This document shows, one piece after another, positions 26,993 through 35,080 of a stretch of DNA of 38,812 bases. Made by a program: the position numbers and the translations under genes. The notes under the pieces are model-generated. The model saw only the letters and a list, made by a program, of their open reading frames with translations. It did not search any database and was not told the DNA's origin. This stretch comes from a virus (taxonomy: Duplodnaviria > Caudoviricetes), in the IMG/VR virus record IMGVR_UViG_3300014656_000011, positions 1 through 38,812 of that record; one strand, 5' to 3'. The stretch's first letter is position 1. Each line of letters opens with the position of its first letter.

Positions 26993-28792
26993 TTATTGTG
27001 GCATTGATGGTGTGCTTATCGGAACTTGTGATAAAGAAGCACTTGCTGGTTCGCTTCCTAATGTTTGGTCAACTGGTTGAGGTAATGGGTTCATATCTGG
27101 TGGGTTACCCATTTGTCCTCCTTGTTGCATCATTTCTTCTGGGAAGAACTTTGTCATATACATTGCTGGGTCTAGTTTAAATAATGTAACCATTCTTGCT
27201 GTTTCCATTGGGTCAGGATAGTTTAATTTCTTGAATAGATTAATTGGGTCTAGCCAACCTTTATTTGCTAAGTCTATAGCTAGGTTCTGTTCTGTAATCT
27301 CGTCTTTAGGTTGCATTGAGTTAGGAGAAACAGAAACAACAAAATGTCTATTCATATTACTCTTAACTAATTCTACAAACTCTACTGCTCTACCATTTCC
27401 CATAATAGCTGCAAAATGTGGCTCATCATAAAATACATAGTAAAGTTGTAACCACCAGTTAAATACATTGTCAGCTACTTGTTCTAGTGCATCTCCTATA
27501 CCTCCTCCTATTCTTGATGAGTCGTGAGATTGATTTAATATCATTCCTCTAGCTGTTGTATCTGTATCTGGTTGAGCTGTTAGTCCTTGAACACCGAAAA
27601 TTGACCTTAAAGATTGTTTATCATTCTCTTGTGCTTGGAATACTGCTACTGGAATACCATTTGCAGGAAGTCTTTTTATTGCATTATCCACTTGTCCATC
27701 AGGAACTAACACAGGGTTTCCGTCTTCTAAAGCTTGAGCTGCTTGTTTAGCTGTTTCAACATTAAATGAAATACCTGATAAAGCTATAGAATTATTACCA
27801 CTGGCTAAGTTTCTACTTATTTGTTCATCTCTTGCATTAATTCTATCTTGGTTTGGTATGTTCTGTTCGATTAAGTTAGTATCATCGTGTGGTTGTTCTT
27901 GAAATGAGAATACTGATAAGAATGTATAAGGCATTTTAGGGATAGCAAAGTGGTTCATTCCTTGTATTGCAGAGTCTCCTTCTCCTTCGTAATTAAAGAA
28001 CTCATTTTTATGTTTATCTAAAACTTTATCTTCATAAGTATAGAAACAATACTCATCTGTCCACCATTCTGTATAAATAATTTTTGTTCCTAACTTTCCA
28101 TCGACTTTTAAAGTAATATAATCTTTATGTTCAGGATAATCTTCTATAAGTTGTTGAGCTTTTATACTTCTCTTTTCTCCTAAATAATCTCCTATATAAT
28201 TACCGAACTCATCAATATATCCTTCTGGGTCTAATATGAAATTCTTTGGTTGTCTAATATCACATTTAATTTCTTTTGTTTTCTCGTCCCAACCGTGTTT
28301 AAGAACTCCTGTGAAGTAAACTGACCAATGTCTAACTAATACACCTAACTTCTTTCTAAGTCCAAGAGTATCAGCGTGGAATTGTAGCATTGTCTTAATA
28401 TCGTTTGATGCTGATTTTCCTTCATCTGTGTTGTCGGACCATACTACTGGTTCAGGGTTTTTCGATAAAGCTTGTGGAATAAATGTTTCTTCTGATTCAA
28501 ATATCAAGTTAGAAGATATAACATTGTCTGTATCTCCGTTATTGTTTTGTTTACCAAGATAATACTTTTTATTTTTATCTTGTCTTGGTTTTATTTTAGC
28601 AATGTAAGGACTACTCTTGATTTCCCATTTATCCTTTAAAGATATTAATTCTTCATCGGACATCTTCAGTTCAAGCTCATCAATAACATCACCATCAATC
28701 CCTTCTTCTGCAAGAGGTTCTGATTCTATTTTATTAGTGTTTGAGCCTACTAAGTCTCTTACACCATCTATATTTTGTTGAAAGCTATCCAT
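26993..28792 (-). CDS. Portal protein (P22-like)
   Basis: 599 aa after TerL; SNLIFESEETFIP...NPEP, GVLKHGWD, TTARG; Q/P-rich tail. Confidence 0.85.
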   Translation of the reverse strand: MDSFQQNIDGVRDLVGSNTNKIESEPLAEEGIDGDVIDELELKMSDEELISLKDKWEIKSSPYIAKIKPRQDKNKKYYLGKQNNNGDTDNVISSNLIFESEETFIPQALSKNPEPVVWSDNTDEGKSASNDIKTMLQFHADTLGLRKKLGVLVRHWSVYFTGVLKHGWDEKTKEIKCDIRQPKNFILDPEGYIDEFGNYIGDYLGEKRSIKAQQLIEDYPEHKDYITLKVDGKLGTKIIYTEWWTDEYCFYTYEDKVLDKHKNEFFNYEGEGDSAIQGMNHFAIPKMPYTFLSVFSFQEQPHDDTNLIEQNIPNQDRINARDEQISRNLASGNNSIALSGISFNVETAKQAAQALEDGNPVLVPDGQVDNAIKRLPANGIPVAVFQAQENDKQSLRSIFGVQGLTAQPDTDTTARGMILNQSHDSSRIGGGIGDALEQVADNVFNWWLQLYYVFYDEPHFAAIMGNGRAVEFVELVKSNMNRHFVVSVSPNSMQPKDEITEQNLAIDLANKGWLDPINLFKKLNYPDPMETARMVTLFKLDPAMYMTKFFPEEMMQQGGQMGNPPDMNPLPQPVDQTLGSEPASASLSQVPISTPSMPQ

Positions 28793-28865
28793 TATGTTTT
28801 ATATATAAAAAGCACTAGGGAGTTACCCTGTGCTTTTGGTTTGTGCCATTAAGCTAATTACTATA

Positions 28866-28894
28866 ATTATAACACTAATAAAAAAACAATGCAA
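28866..28894 (-). promoter_or_regulatory. Promoter TTGCAT-17-TATAAT (extended -10) for the structural operon
   Basis: TTGCATTGTTTTTTTATTAGTGTTATAAT. Confidence 0.75.
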
Positions 28895-28895
28895 A

Positions 28896-29093
28896 TTATC
28901 TTTTATAATGTTTTGTTATTGCTGTGTGTTGAATTATTCCGTTTGAGTCATAATCCATAGAAACATTACAATTTGTTAATACATTTATGTTTAGTTGAGT
29001 CATAACTCCTAAGATATGAGCTATTAGTTCATAGTGTTTTTGAAACTCTTTAAACAATAGTGCATCTTCATTTGTTAGTTCTACTTTAATCAT
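28896..29093 (-). CDS. Hypothetical protein
   Basis: 65 aa between TerL and portal. Confidence 0.65.
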   Translation of the reverse strand: MIKVELTNEDALLFKEFQKHYELIAHILGVMTQLNINVLTNCNVSMDYDSNGIIQHTAITKHYKR

Positions 29094-29095
29094 AT

Positions 29096-31414
29096 TTAAA
29101 AGTTTGCTTTAATTCCTAATCTCCCTGCTTGTATAACCCCTGTGCTACTTGAAGCTGTTTCAACTCCTTCCATAAAATTATCTTTTTTATTTATTATTTG
29201 TGCTAGGTCTTCGGAAAACTTATCCATTCCTACAAGTGCATAGATTAAACTCATAAACCAGTGGTCTGCTCCTTTTCTTTTCCATACCCACCTCCAACCA
29301 TATTGTGGGTCGTTCTCATCTTTACCACTAATCTCTTTTACTCTATAAACATTTAAACAATGTTCAAAGAAAGGTTGCCAATCTTCACTACTTCCATTAA
29401 ACATTATTCTTTGTTCATTTAGTTGGTCCACTGCTAACTGTATCGTTCTGTTTCTATCTACTAATACTTTTCCGTGTTCATCATTTTCCCCCCATCTTAT
29501 AAGTTGTTTGCTTTTAGTTTCTTTTACAAACCATACTAGGAATACTCTACCTTTATATTTAGTTTGTAACTTTCTAATTCCAATTAAGTCTCCCCCTTGG
29601 TCAGCTACAAGTATCCAGTTTGGATTTGTGTATAGTAACTTATCTATCTCATCATAAGGGTCATAGTCTGGGTCATTTACTTCTTGAGGACTTTGACAAT
29701 AACCGTGATAGAAGACTCCTTGCTTATTCATTAAAGTATAATATATATCGTGTCCTGTATCTACTCCAATAACTACTCTGTTTTCTTGTGAATTAGTTTC
29801 AGGAGTTAAACACTTTGTTAAGGCTAACGTAGAAAGCTTATCATTTGGGCTTACATAAGGTTCTCCTAACCATTTCTGTTTGTATAGAACAGGTCTTTTT
29901 AACTTATCATCTTCAATCTCTTTTTTAATAACATCAGGAAGAAATCCATACTTCTCTGCTATATCATAGTTAACATTAATGATTAAAGTATTAGGTCTTC
30001 CTTCTTCAACTAACCTTGTGTGAACTGGGTCGCTAACATTTAATCTGTTGTATGTGTAAATAAGTTGTGAGCCTACTTCACGGATTGTTGGGGTTAATAC
30101 TTCTAAACTTTTCTTAGTGATAGTTTGTGCTTCTTCAATCCAAGCTATGTTAATACCTTCAATAGATTTAAGAGATTGTTCATTGTTCCAAAGTCCTTTG
30201 AAGATAAAGTCTGAACCAGTAATCTTATTAGTGATAGTTTTATCTGTAATACTAAAGTCGTTTAGTCCATATTGTTTAATCAAGTCAGATAATAATTGAT
30301 GGGAACTTTCAGCAATAGAGTTTTGGAACTCTCTAAAACAACCTATTCTTATTTTCTTTTCTCTTGCTTTAATTAAAAGAACTCTCGCTACTGTGTGAGA
30401 TTTCATTGAGTTACTAACATTCACTCCATTAGCAAAATAGTTATGATACTTTTCAGTTTCAATACTCCAAACATCTACTGATTCATAGACTTTCTTAACT
30501 CTAATCCTACCTTTCTTGCTTCCTGTGGTGTTTGTTTCTTGTGAGGGTAATCTACCTGTAAGTGTTTCCAAGTTCTCCCACTTAGCAAATCCCTTATCCC
30601 ATCGTAATTCAATCCAGTCTTGTTCTTTAGAAGTTCTGCCATCATTCTTATTGGCATCTTTGGATTTTGTAAGCGAAATTGTAGCAATTCTCTGGCTTCT
30701 TTCTCTGTTATCTTCCTTAAATTCTTTCCCTGTGTAGATTGGTCTGTCCTTAACCCCGTCTTCCAAAGATGAATGGATTGTTCCTGTCTTGTCGCCCACT
30801 CCAAGTTGTTTACTCTGTTGTCTGTTTTTATTCCGTTTTTGTGATTGACTGTTTCCTTTTTCTTCAAGTTCGGAATAAATGTTCTTGCTATTATTCTGTG
30901 TAATACTTGAGACTTTCTTCCTACAACTGTCATTAAATAACCGCTGTGGTTGATTGATGGTTTCATCACTTTTGTTTTGTAACCACCCTTGTAACTCGTT
31001 GTTAGTATCCTCCCCATATTGCTTACATAGTAATTCAAGGGTTCGTTTTTGGCTTGAATCCATAATTCCCCAGACAAGCTGATAGATTGGAATATAGGTT
31101 TTCCCATTAAAGTATTTGTGGTCATAAGTAGTCTTAGTGATAGTTCCATTTATTTCTAATTCAAACATTGGTTTCGGTTCAAAGTTTGCTTCAAAACTAT
31201 CTATACTATTGACTATATCATAATCTCCAACCAAAGACAATACTTTATCCCCCACCACAATATCACTAATTCTTTTAAAAGAACCATCATACATTGAAAT
31301 TATTGTATCGCCATCAAAACAATATCTTCCACCATAAACGGCTGCTTCTCTCCAATCACTGTCAAACAGTCTCTGGTATTCTATTGGTATCTCCATTATT
31401 ATTTGCTGTGTCAT
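29096..31414 (-). CDS. terL: Terminase large subunit (PBSX/SPP1-type ATPase domain) with an intein; 772-aa precursor, 468 aa after splicing
   Basis: Walker A GGRY^SMKSH split by the intein; REFQNSIAES, KSIEG, Walker B AWIEEAQ, PTIR; nuclease VIGVDTG. Confidence 0.95.
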   Translation of the reverse strand: MTQQIIMEIPIEYQRLFDSDWREAAVYGGRYCFDGDTIISMYDGSFKRISDIVVGDKVLSLVGDYDIVNSIDSFEANFEPKPMFELEINGTITKTTYDHKYFNGKTYIPIYQLVWGIMDSSQKRTLELLCKQYGEDTNNELQGWLQNKSDETINQPQRLFNDSCRKKVSSITQNNSKNIYSELEEKGNSQSQKRNKNRQQSKQLGVGDKTGTIHSSLEDGVKDRPIYTGKEFKEDNRERSQRIATISLTKSKDANKNDGRTSKEQDWIELRWDKGFAKWENLETLTGRLPSQETNTTGSKKGRIRVKKVYESVDVWSIETEKYHNYFANGVNVSNSMKSHTVARVLLIKAREKKIRIGCFREFQNSIAESSHQLLSDLIKQYGLNDFSITDKTITNKITGSDFIFKGLWNNEQSLKSIEGINIAWIEEAQTITKKSLEVLTPTIREVGSQLIYTYNRLNVSDPVHTRLVEEGRPNTLIINVNYDIAEKYGFLPDVIKKEIEDDKLKRPVLYKQKWLGEPYVSPNDKLSTLALTKCLTPETNSQENRVVIGVDTGHDIYYTLMNKQGVFYHGYCQSPQEVNDPDYDPYDEIDKLLYTNPNWILVADQGGDLIGIRKLQTKYKGRVFLVWFVKETKSKQLIRWGENDEHGKVLVDRNRTIQLAVDQLNEQRIMFNGSSEDWQPFFEHCLNVYRVKEISGKDENDPQYGWRWVWKRKGADHWFMSLIYALVGMDKFSEDLAQIINKKDNFMEGVETASSSTGVIQAGRLGIKANF
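30410..31321 (-). mobile_element. Intein (304 aa, precursor residues 32-335) in the TerL Walker A motif
   Basis: Block A CFDGDTII, block B TTYDHKYF, blocks F/G VWSIETEKYHNYFANGVNVSN, +1 residue Ser. Confidence 0.92.
30475..31107 (-). CDS. NUMOD4-HNH-HTH homing endonuclease nested in the +1 frame inside the intein (start 31107, or up to 31149)
   Basis: ELW...YYVSNMGRI (NUMOD4), LHRIIARTFIPN...VNHKNGIKTDNRVNNLEWAT (HNH), KITEKEA...GRTWKHL (C-terminal HTH). Confidence 0.9.
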   Translation of the reverse strand: MGKPIFQSISLSGELWIQAKNEPLNYYVSNMGRILTTSYKGGYKTKVMKPSINHSGYLMTVVGRKSQVLHRIIARTFIPNLKKKETVNHKNGIKTDNRVNNLEWATRQEQSIHLWKTGLRTDQSTQGKNLRKITEKEARELLQFRLQNPKMPIRMMAELLKNKTGLNYDGIRDLLSGRTWKHLQVDYPHKKQTPQEARKVGLELRKSMNQ

Positions 31415-31835
31415 CTTTTTTATCTAAGAATTTAACTAGGACAGGAACAACTATATTAATTTTACTATTCTCATCTTGTGAGTATATTCCTTTTATCTTA
31501 TAAGCTGAATCTAAATATTTATGTCTAACAGCATAATCAGGTTCATAACCTACTTCTTCAACTTCTCCTGTTGAATTATTATTTTTAAATATAGTTTTTC
31601 CTGCATTTAATCCTTCTTTATGAACCTTTACTAAGTCTTCATCTGGTATCTGTTCTGCTATTGACATAATAGCTTTTTGTATCTTAGGTTTTGCTAAGTT
31701 TTCAACAGCCATAACACCAGCAACGTTTTCGCTTTTCGTATTATAGTTATTTAGAATAGATTGAGTTCCATTACCAGTCTTTATCCAATCTTTTACAAAA
31801 CCTTTTTCTTTTTTAGATAGTGTTTCTCCTTTCAT
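31362..31835 (-). CDS. terS: Terminase small subunit
   Basis: LSKKEKGFVKDWIKTGNGTQS...A..NLAKPKIQKAI; directly upstream of TerL. Confidence 0.9.
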   Translation of the reverse strand: MKGETLSKKEKGFVKDWIKTGNGTQSILNNYNTKSENVAGVMAVENLAKPKIQKAIMSIAEQIPDEDLVKVHKEGLNAGKTIFKNNNSTGEVEEVGYEPDYAVRHKYLDSAYKIKGIYSQDENSKINIVVPVLVKFLDKKDDTANNNGDTNRIPETV

Positions 31836-31972
31836 TATTTCTTCTTTATCTGTTTAAGTTCTTTAGCTTGTTTTAGTGCTTCTGCTTTTAATCCTTTCTT
31901 TTTAAGTTTAGGAATTATTCTTTTATGTTCCTCCAACATTTCTTTCTTATTTACTTTATATGTTTTTGCCAT
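31835..31972 (-). CDS. Small basic protein (45 aa)
   Basis: MAKTYKVNKKEMLEEHKRIIPKLKKKGLKAEALKQAKELKQIKKK; TAATG-coupled to terS. Confidence 0.6.
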   Translation of the reverse strand: MAKTYKVNKKEMLEEHKRIIPKLKKKGLKAEALKQAKELKQIKKK

Positions 31973-32159
31973 AAATTAATTTCATTAGTGTATATTCTGT
32001 TTCTTTTTCTACAGGGACAGAGTCTAGTAATAGTTTGTATTCTTCTTCATTTTTTCTTAAATTTAGTGATAGCATTCCTTTAGAAGTATTCACAATAGGG
32101 TGTGAGATATATTCTACTTTTAGTAATCTCATTATTTCATTATCTTGTTTTATATTCAT
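31956..32159 (-). CDS. Hypothetical protein
   Basis: 67 aa; ATGA-coupled to the upstream gene. Confidence 0.55.
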   Translation of the reverse strand: MNIKQDNEIMRLLKVEYISHPIVNTSKGMLSLNLRKNEEEYKLLLDSVPVEKETEYTLMKLIYGKNI

Positions 32160-32305
32160 ATTTTTAGTTTTTTAACTGCTCTAAAGCATTTACCACATAT
32201 TTGGCTTTTACTTGTTAATTGTGTGTTTAGTTTTTCATTAAAGAATGTTCTTTTTCTTATAAAAAACTTATTCTTTTTACATTGTGCACATTTACCGTAT
32301 ATCAT
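32156..32305 (-). CDS. Small zinc-finger protein (49 aa)
   Basis: MIYGKCAQCKK...QICGKCFR. Confidence 0.6.
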   Translation of the reverse strand: MIYGKCAQCKKNKFFIRKRTFFNEKLNTQLTSKSQICGKCFRAVKKLKI

Positions 32306-32306
32306 A

Positions 32307-33800
32307 TTAAAAAGGTCTTTTAGCTTGTAATTGCATCATTAATAATTCTTCTTCTGATTTTTTAGGAATACATACGACCACTCCACAGGTTAATATAGTT
32401 CCTGCAAGAGATACTGCATTTCTAACTGCATTTTTTATAACTGCTGATGAGTCTATAACATCTTCATTCCAGTTTGGTTCTTCTATATTCATATTCTTTA
32501 GGTTTTGTATATATGGAGCTTTTAGTGCTTTAGACAATATCTTTCCTGCTTCTGTATCTGGTAATGTATCGGCTACATTTAAAAGACAAACACCACCACC
32601 TTTAACTACTCCGTCCTTTAAAGCTAACATACTTGAATTGATAGCATCTTTTGTCTTTAACCTTATGTAAGATAATTCACTCTCGCTATTTGCTCCTAAT
32701 TTAAGTATAGCTGTTTTTGTCTGTAACCAAGATAATCTTAATTTAGAATCATTATCTTTATTTTCTTTTAATTGTGCTATATGTTCTGAAAAGTCTACAC
32801 TAGGGATTATTATTGTTTCGTCTTTATCTACTGTTATTTTAGCACAAGTTCCCAAATGACTTAATCCTAAGTTCTTAAAGTTTATTCCTGTTGCATCTTC
32901 TACAATAGTTGCTCCTACTACTTTAGAGAAGTCCTCAAATATATAATTTTTAAACAATACAGAAGCTTTGATTATAAGAATATTCATTACTTTATCTTTG
33001 TGAGCTTTAACCATAATAGAAGCTACTTCTGAATCCATATCATCTGTAAATATAACTAAGTCTTTTTTGCCTTGTTTATTTAGTTCTTCTATAAGTGGAT
33101 TTATATCATTTAAATGTCCTATCTTTCTTTTTGTTACTAAAATTGTTGGGTTTTCATATATTGCTTTTGTTTCTGTTTTGTTATCTTTTACTGCTTCTTT
33201 GTCGTGAACCATAGCTGGAGATAGAAAACCACAATCATTAAACTTTACTCCGTTTGTTATAGAGTATGTTGTTTCGTATGTTCCACTTGCTTCTGGGCTA
33301 ATTATTCCTTCTTTTCCTATCTTTTGGTAAATTTCTCCTATAAGATTACCCATTTCTTTGTTTTCTCCTGCTATTGTTGCAATATTGTTTACTTCTTTTT
33401 CTGTTATTGTTTGTTTTACTTTGTCTATTTCTTTTTCTACAACAGGGATTAATAAATCTAATTCTTTTTTAAGTTCCATTCCTGTAAGTTTAGATTTATT
33501 ATTTATTATCTCACTTGTAATAATACAAGTAGTTTTTCTTCCATCTCCTGAATCTTTGTCTTGCTTATCCATTAACTCTTTGATTAGTCCTAAACCTCTC
33601 TTTTGCACTGGTTCTTCTGTTTGTATAGCTTGTATAATAGTTTGAGCATCGTTTGCTATCTCGTGATAAGGGTAGTTTTCGTTTTCTACAATAACATTTA
33701 TTCCTTTAGCCCCATAAGTAGGCTTAATAGGGTCAATCGCAAGATTAACTCCTTCTATTAATAAATCTATTGCTTCTTGTCCTGTTTTTACATTATTCAT
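32307..33800 (-). CDS. groEL: Phage-encoded GroEL-like chaperonin (likely start MNNVKTG at 33800, 497 aa)
   Basis: TYGAKGINVIVE, ANDA, GDGRKTT, YENPTILVT, LKLGANSESEL...KDAINS...GVVKGGG. Confidence 0.9.
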   Translation of the reverse strand: MNNVKTGQEAIDLLIEGVNLAIDPIKPTYGAKGINVIVENENYPYHEIANDAQTIIQAIQTEEPVQKRGLGLIKELMDKQDKDSGDGRKTTCIITSEIINNKSKLTGMELKKELDLLIPVVEKEIDKVKQTITEKEVNNIATIAGENKEMGNLIGEIYQKIGKEGIISPEASGTYETTYSITNGVKFNDCGFLSPAMVHDKEAVKDNKTETKAIYENPTILVTKRKIGHLNDINPLIEELNKQGKKDLVIFTDDMDSEVASIMVKAHKDKVMNILIIKASVLFKNYIFEDFSKVVGATIVEDATGINFKNLGLSHLGTCAKITVDKDETIIIPSVDFSEHIAQLKENKDNDSKLRLSWLQTKTAILKLGANSESELSYIRLKTKDAINSSMLALKDGVVKGGGVCLLNVADTLPDTEAGKILSKALKAPYIQNLKNMNIEEPNWNEDVIDSSAVIKNAVRNAVSLAGTILTCGVVVCIPKKSEEELLMMQLQAKRPF

Positions 33801-34062
33801 AAGGATTATATTTGTATTCGTGATAAAAAAGTGGGTGTTGTGGTGGTAAAGCTTGTCTTCCGTGATACGAAAGATATTCCACATTGTTTACTCTACCGTC
33901 TGATACTTTGAAGAATTGTCTATCTCCACATATTTCGCATACTTCAACAACTCCGTCTATGTATTGTTTTTGTATTTTATATCTATGTAGGTAACTATTT
34001 AGACATATCGATTTTCCCAAGAATAAATCTTGAGTCTTCTGGTATGATGTAGTGTTTTTCAT
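33793..34062 (-). CDS. Zinc-ribbon-like protein between groES and groEL (start uncertain)
   Basis: C....LHRY...VCEICG; stop overlaps the groEL start. Confidence 0.6.
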   Translation of the reverse strand: MKNTTSYQKTQDLFLGKSICLNSYLHRYKIQKQYIDGVVEVCEICGDRQFFKVSDGRVNNVEYLSYHGRQALPPQHPLFYHEYKYNPYE

Positions 34063-34255
34063 CTTTTATGTTTAGTTTATTTATTCCCCATATAGTGTAT
34101 CCAATAATATCTCCTACTTCTACTTTCTCAACCTCATCTCCAATAGCTAGAACTTCTCCATATTCACAAAGTGTTCCTTCTGAACTTTGAAGGATAGTAT
34201 CAGTTACTTGTGGTTTTACTAATATATTATTTCCGAAAGGTGTTATCTTATTCAT
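33995..34255 (-). CDS. groES: GroES-like co-chaperonin
   Basis: ITPFGNNILVKP, GEVLAIG, VEVGDII, YIIPED..ILG. Confidence 0.88.
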   Translation of the reverse strand: MNKITPFGNNILVKPQVTDTILQSSEGTLCEYGEVLAIGDEVEKVEVGDIIGYTIWGINKLNIKDEKHYIIPEDSRFILGKIDMSK

Positions 34256-34359
34256 TTAAAAATTTATTTATTTTATCTTCTGTTTTAATAATAGTAGCCA
34301 TTCTTTTTTTAGGTTTTAAGTTTGGCTTGAAATCATAAGTGCCTTGTTCAATATCAAAA

Positions 34360-34587
34360 CTACTTATCTTCCAAAGGTTTTTTATCCTCTTTATTAGGTT
34401 TTTCATCTTTTTTCAAGTATTTAATATCTTGTAAATAACATACAACTTTATCAACAAAAACATCGTTACCAATATTTTGTTTTGATACTTGTGCAGCTGG
34501 TGTTAGTTCCAACTTTTTTAAAGCTTCTAAAGCTTCTTTTTCTCTTTTAGTAATATCCTCTATTTGTTCTTTAGTATAATTTTCCAT
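34360..34587 (-). CDS. Hypothetical protein, first gene of the chaperonin/packaging operon
   Basis: 75 aa after the 34622-34650 promoter. Confidence 0.7.
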   Translation of the reverse strand: MENYTKEQIEDITKREKEALEALKKLELTPAAQVSKQNIGNDVFVDKVVCYLQDIKYLKKDEKPNKEDKKPLEDK

Positions 34588-34621
34588 TTGTTTGGGTTTA
34601 ATTAATTATTAATATACCTAT

Positions 34622-34650
34622 ATTATACTAAAAAACCCACTTAATTACAA
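34622..34650 (-). promoter_or_regulatory. Promoter TTGTAA-17-TATAAT overlapping a terminator
   Basis: Canonical spacing. Confidence 0.65.
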
Positions 34651-34657
34651 GTGGGTT
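34630..34657 (-). terminator. Intrinsic terminator
   Basis: AACCCACTT-GTAATT-AAGTGGGTT-TTTT. Confidence 0.75.
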
Positions 34658-34701
34658 AGACTGGATACTTATATAGCTCGTCCAGTAGCGAGCTGTTGAG
34701 G

Positions 34702-34800
34702 TTAAAAACATCTTACGATTTCCAGTATATGTGCGATTAGTCCTGTAACGAAATACAGAACAACGACATAAACGATTGCCACAGCTGATTTTGTAAACAT
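34702..34800 (-). CDS. 32-aa hydrophobic peptide with a strong Shine-Dalgarno
   Basis: AAGGAGGCAAAG-ATG; MFTKSAVAIVYVVVLYFVTGLIAHILEIVRCF. Confidence 0.6.
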   Translation of the reverse strand: MFTKSAVAIVYVVVLYFVTGLIAHILEIVRCF

Positions 34801-34898
34801 CTTTGCCTCCTTTTAAGTTATTAGGGATTTCCTAATAACTCATTTTAAAGAACTGTAGTTTTAAAAGTTTTTAATTTTTAAAACCTTTTTTATAGCTT

Positions 34899-35040
34899 TT
34901 AAGGGCTAAATGCTATGTAGTGTCTAAATATCTTTCGATATCGTCCCGAAATGTTAAGTAACATTTTATTTTTTAGATAATTGTTATTATCCCTCTGAAC
35001 CCGAAGCTTTTCGCTCTACTACACAGCATTTAACTCTCAA
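34899..35040 (-). ncRNA. Candidate multibranch structured RNA
   Basis: 23-nt closing stem with three G-U pairs on the minus strand; four internal hairpins, one with a GAAA tetraloop. Confidence 0.55.
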
Positions 35041-35080
35041 TGAACTACAATTTAATAATTGAATAATTATTAAATACCTA

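Noticed and set aside
30410-31321. Group I intron as the carrier of the HNH gene
   Set aside because: The TerL frame is open throughout and bounded by clear intein blocks; there is no room or visible sequence for a group I catalytic core.
33990-34025. Shared GGGAAAA at the groES/zinc-ribbon overlap and at the intein/HNH start as a common +1 frameshift signal
   Set aside because: It is a short motif likely by chance in this genome, it is not phased as a canonical slippery heptamer, and both downstream ORFs have usable start codons.
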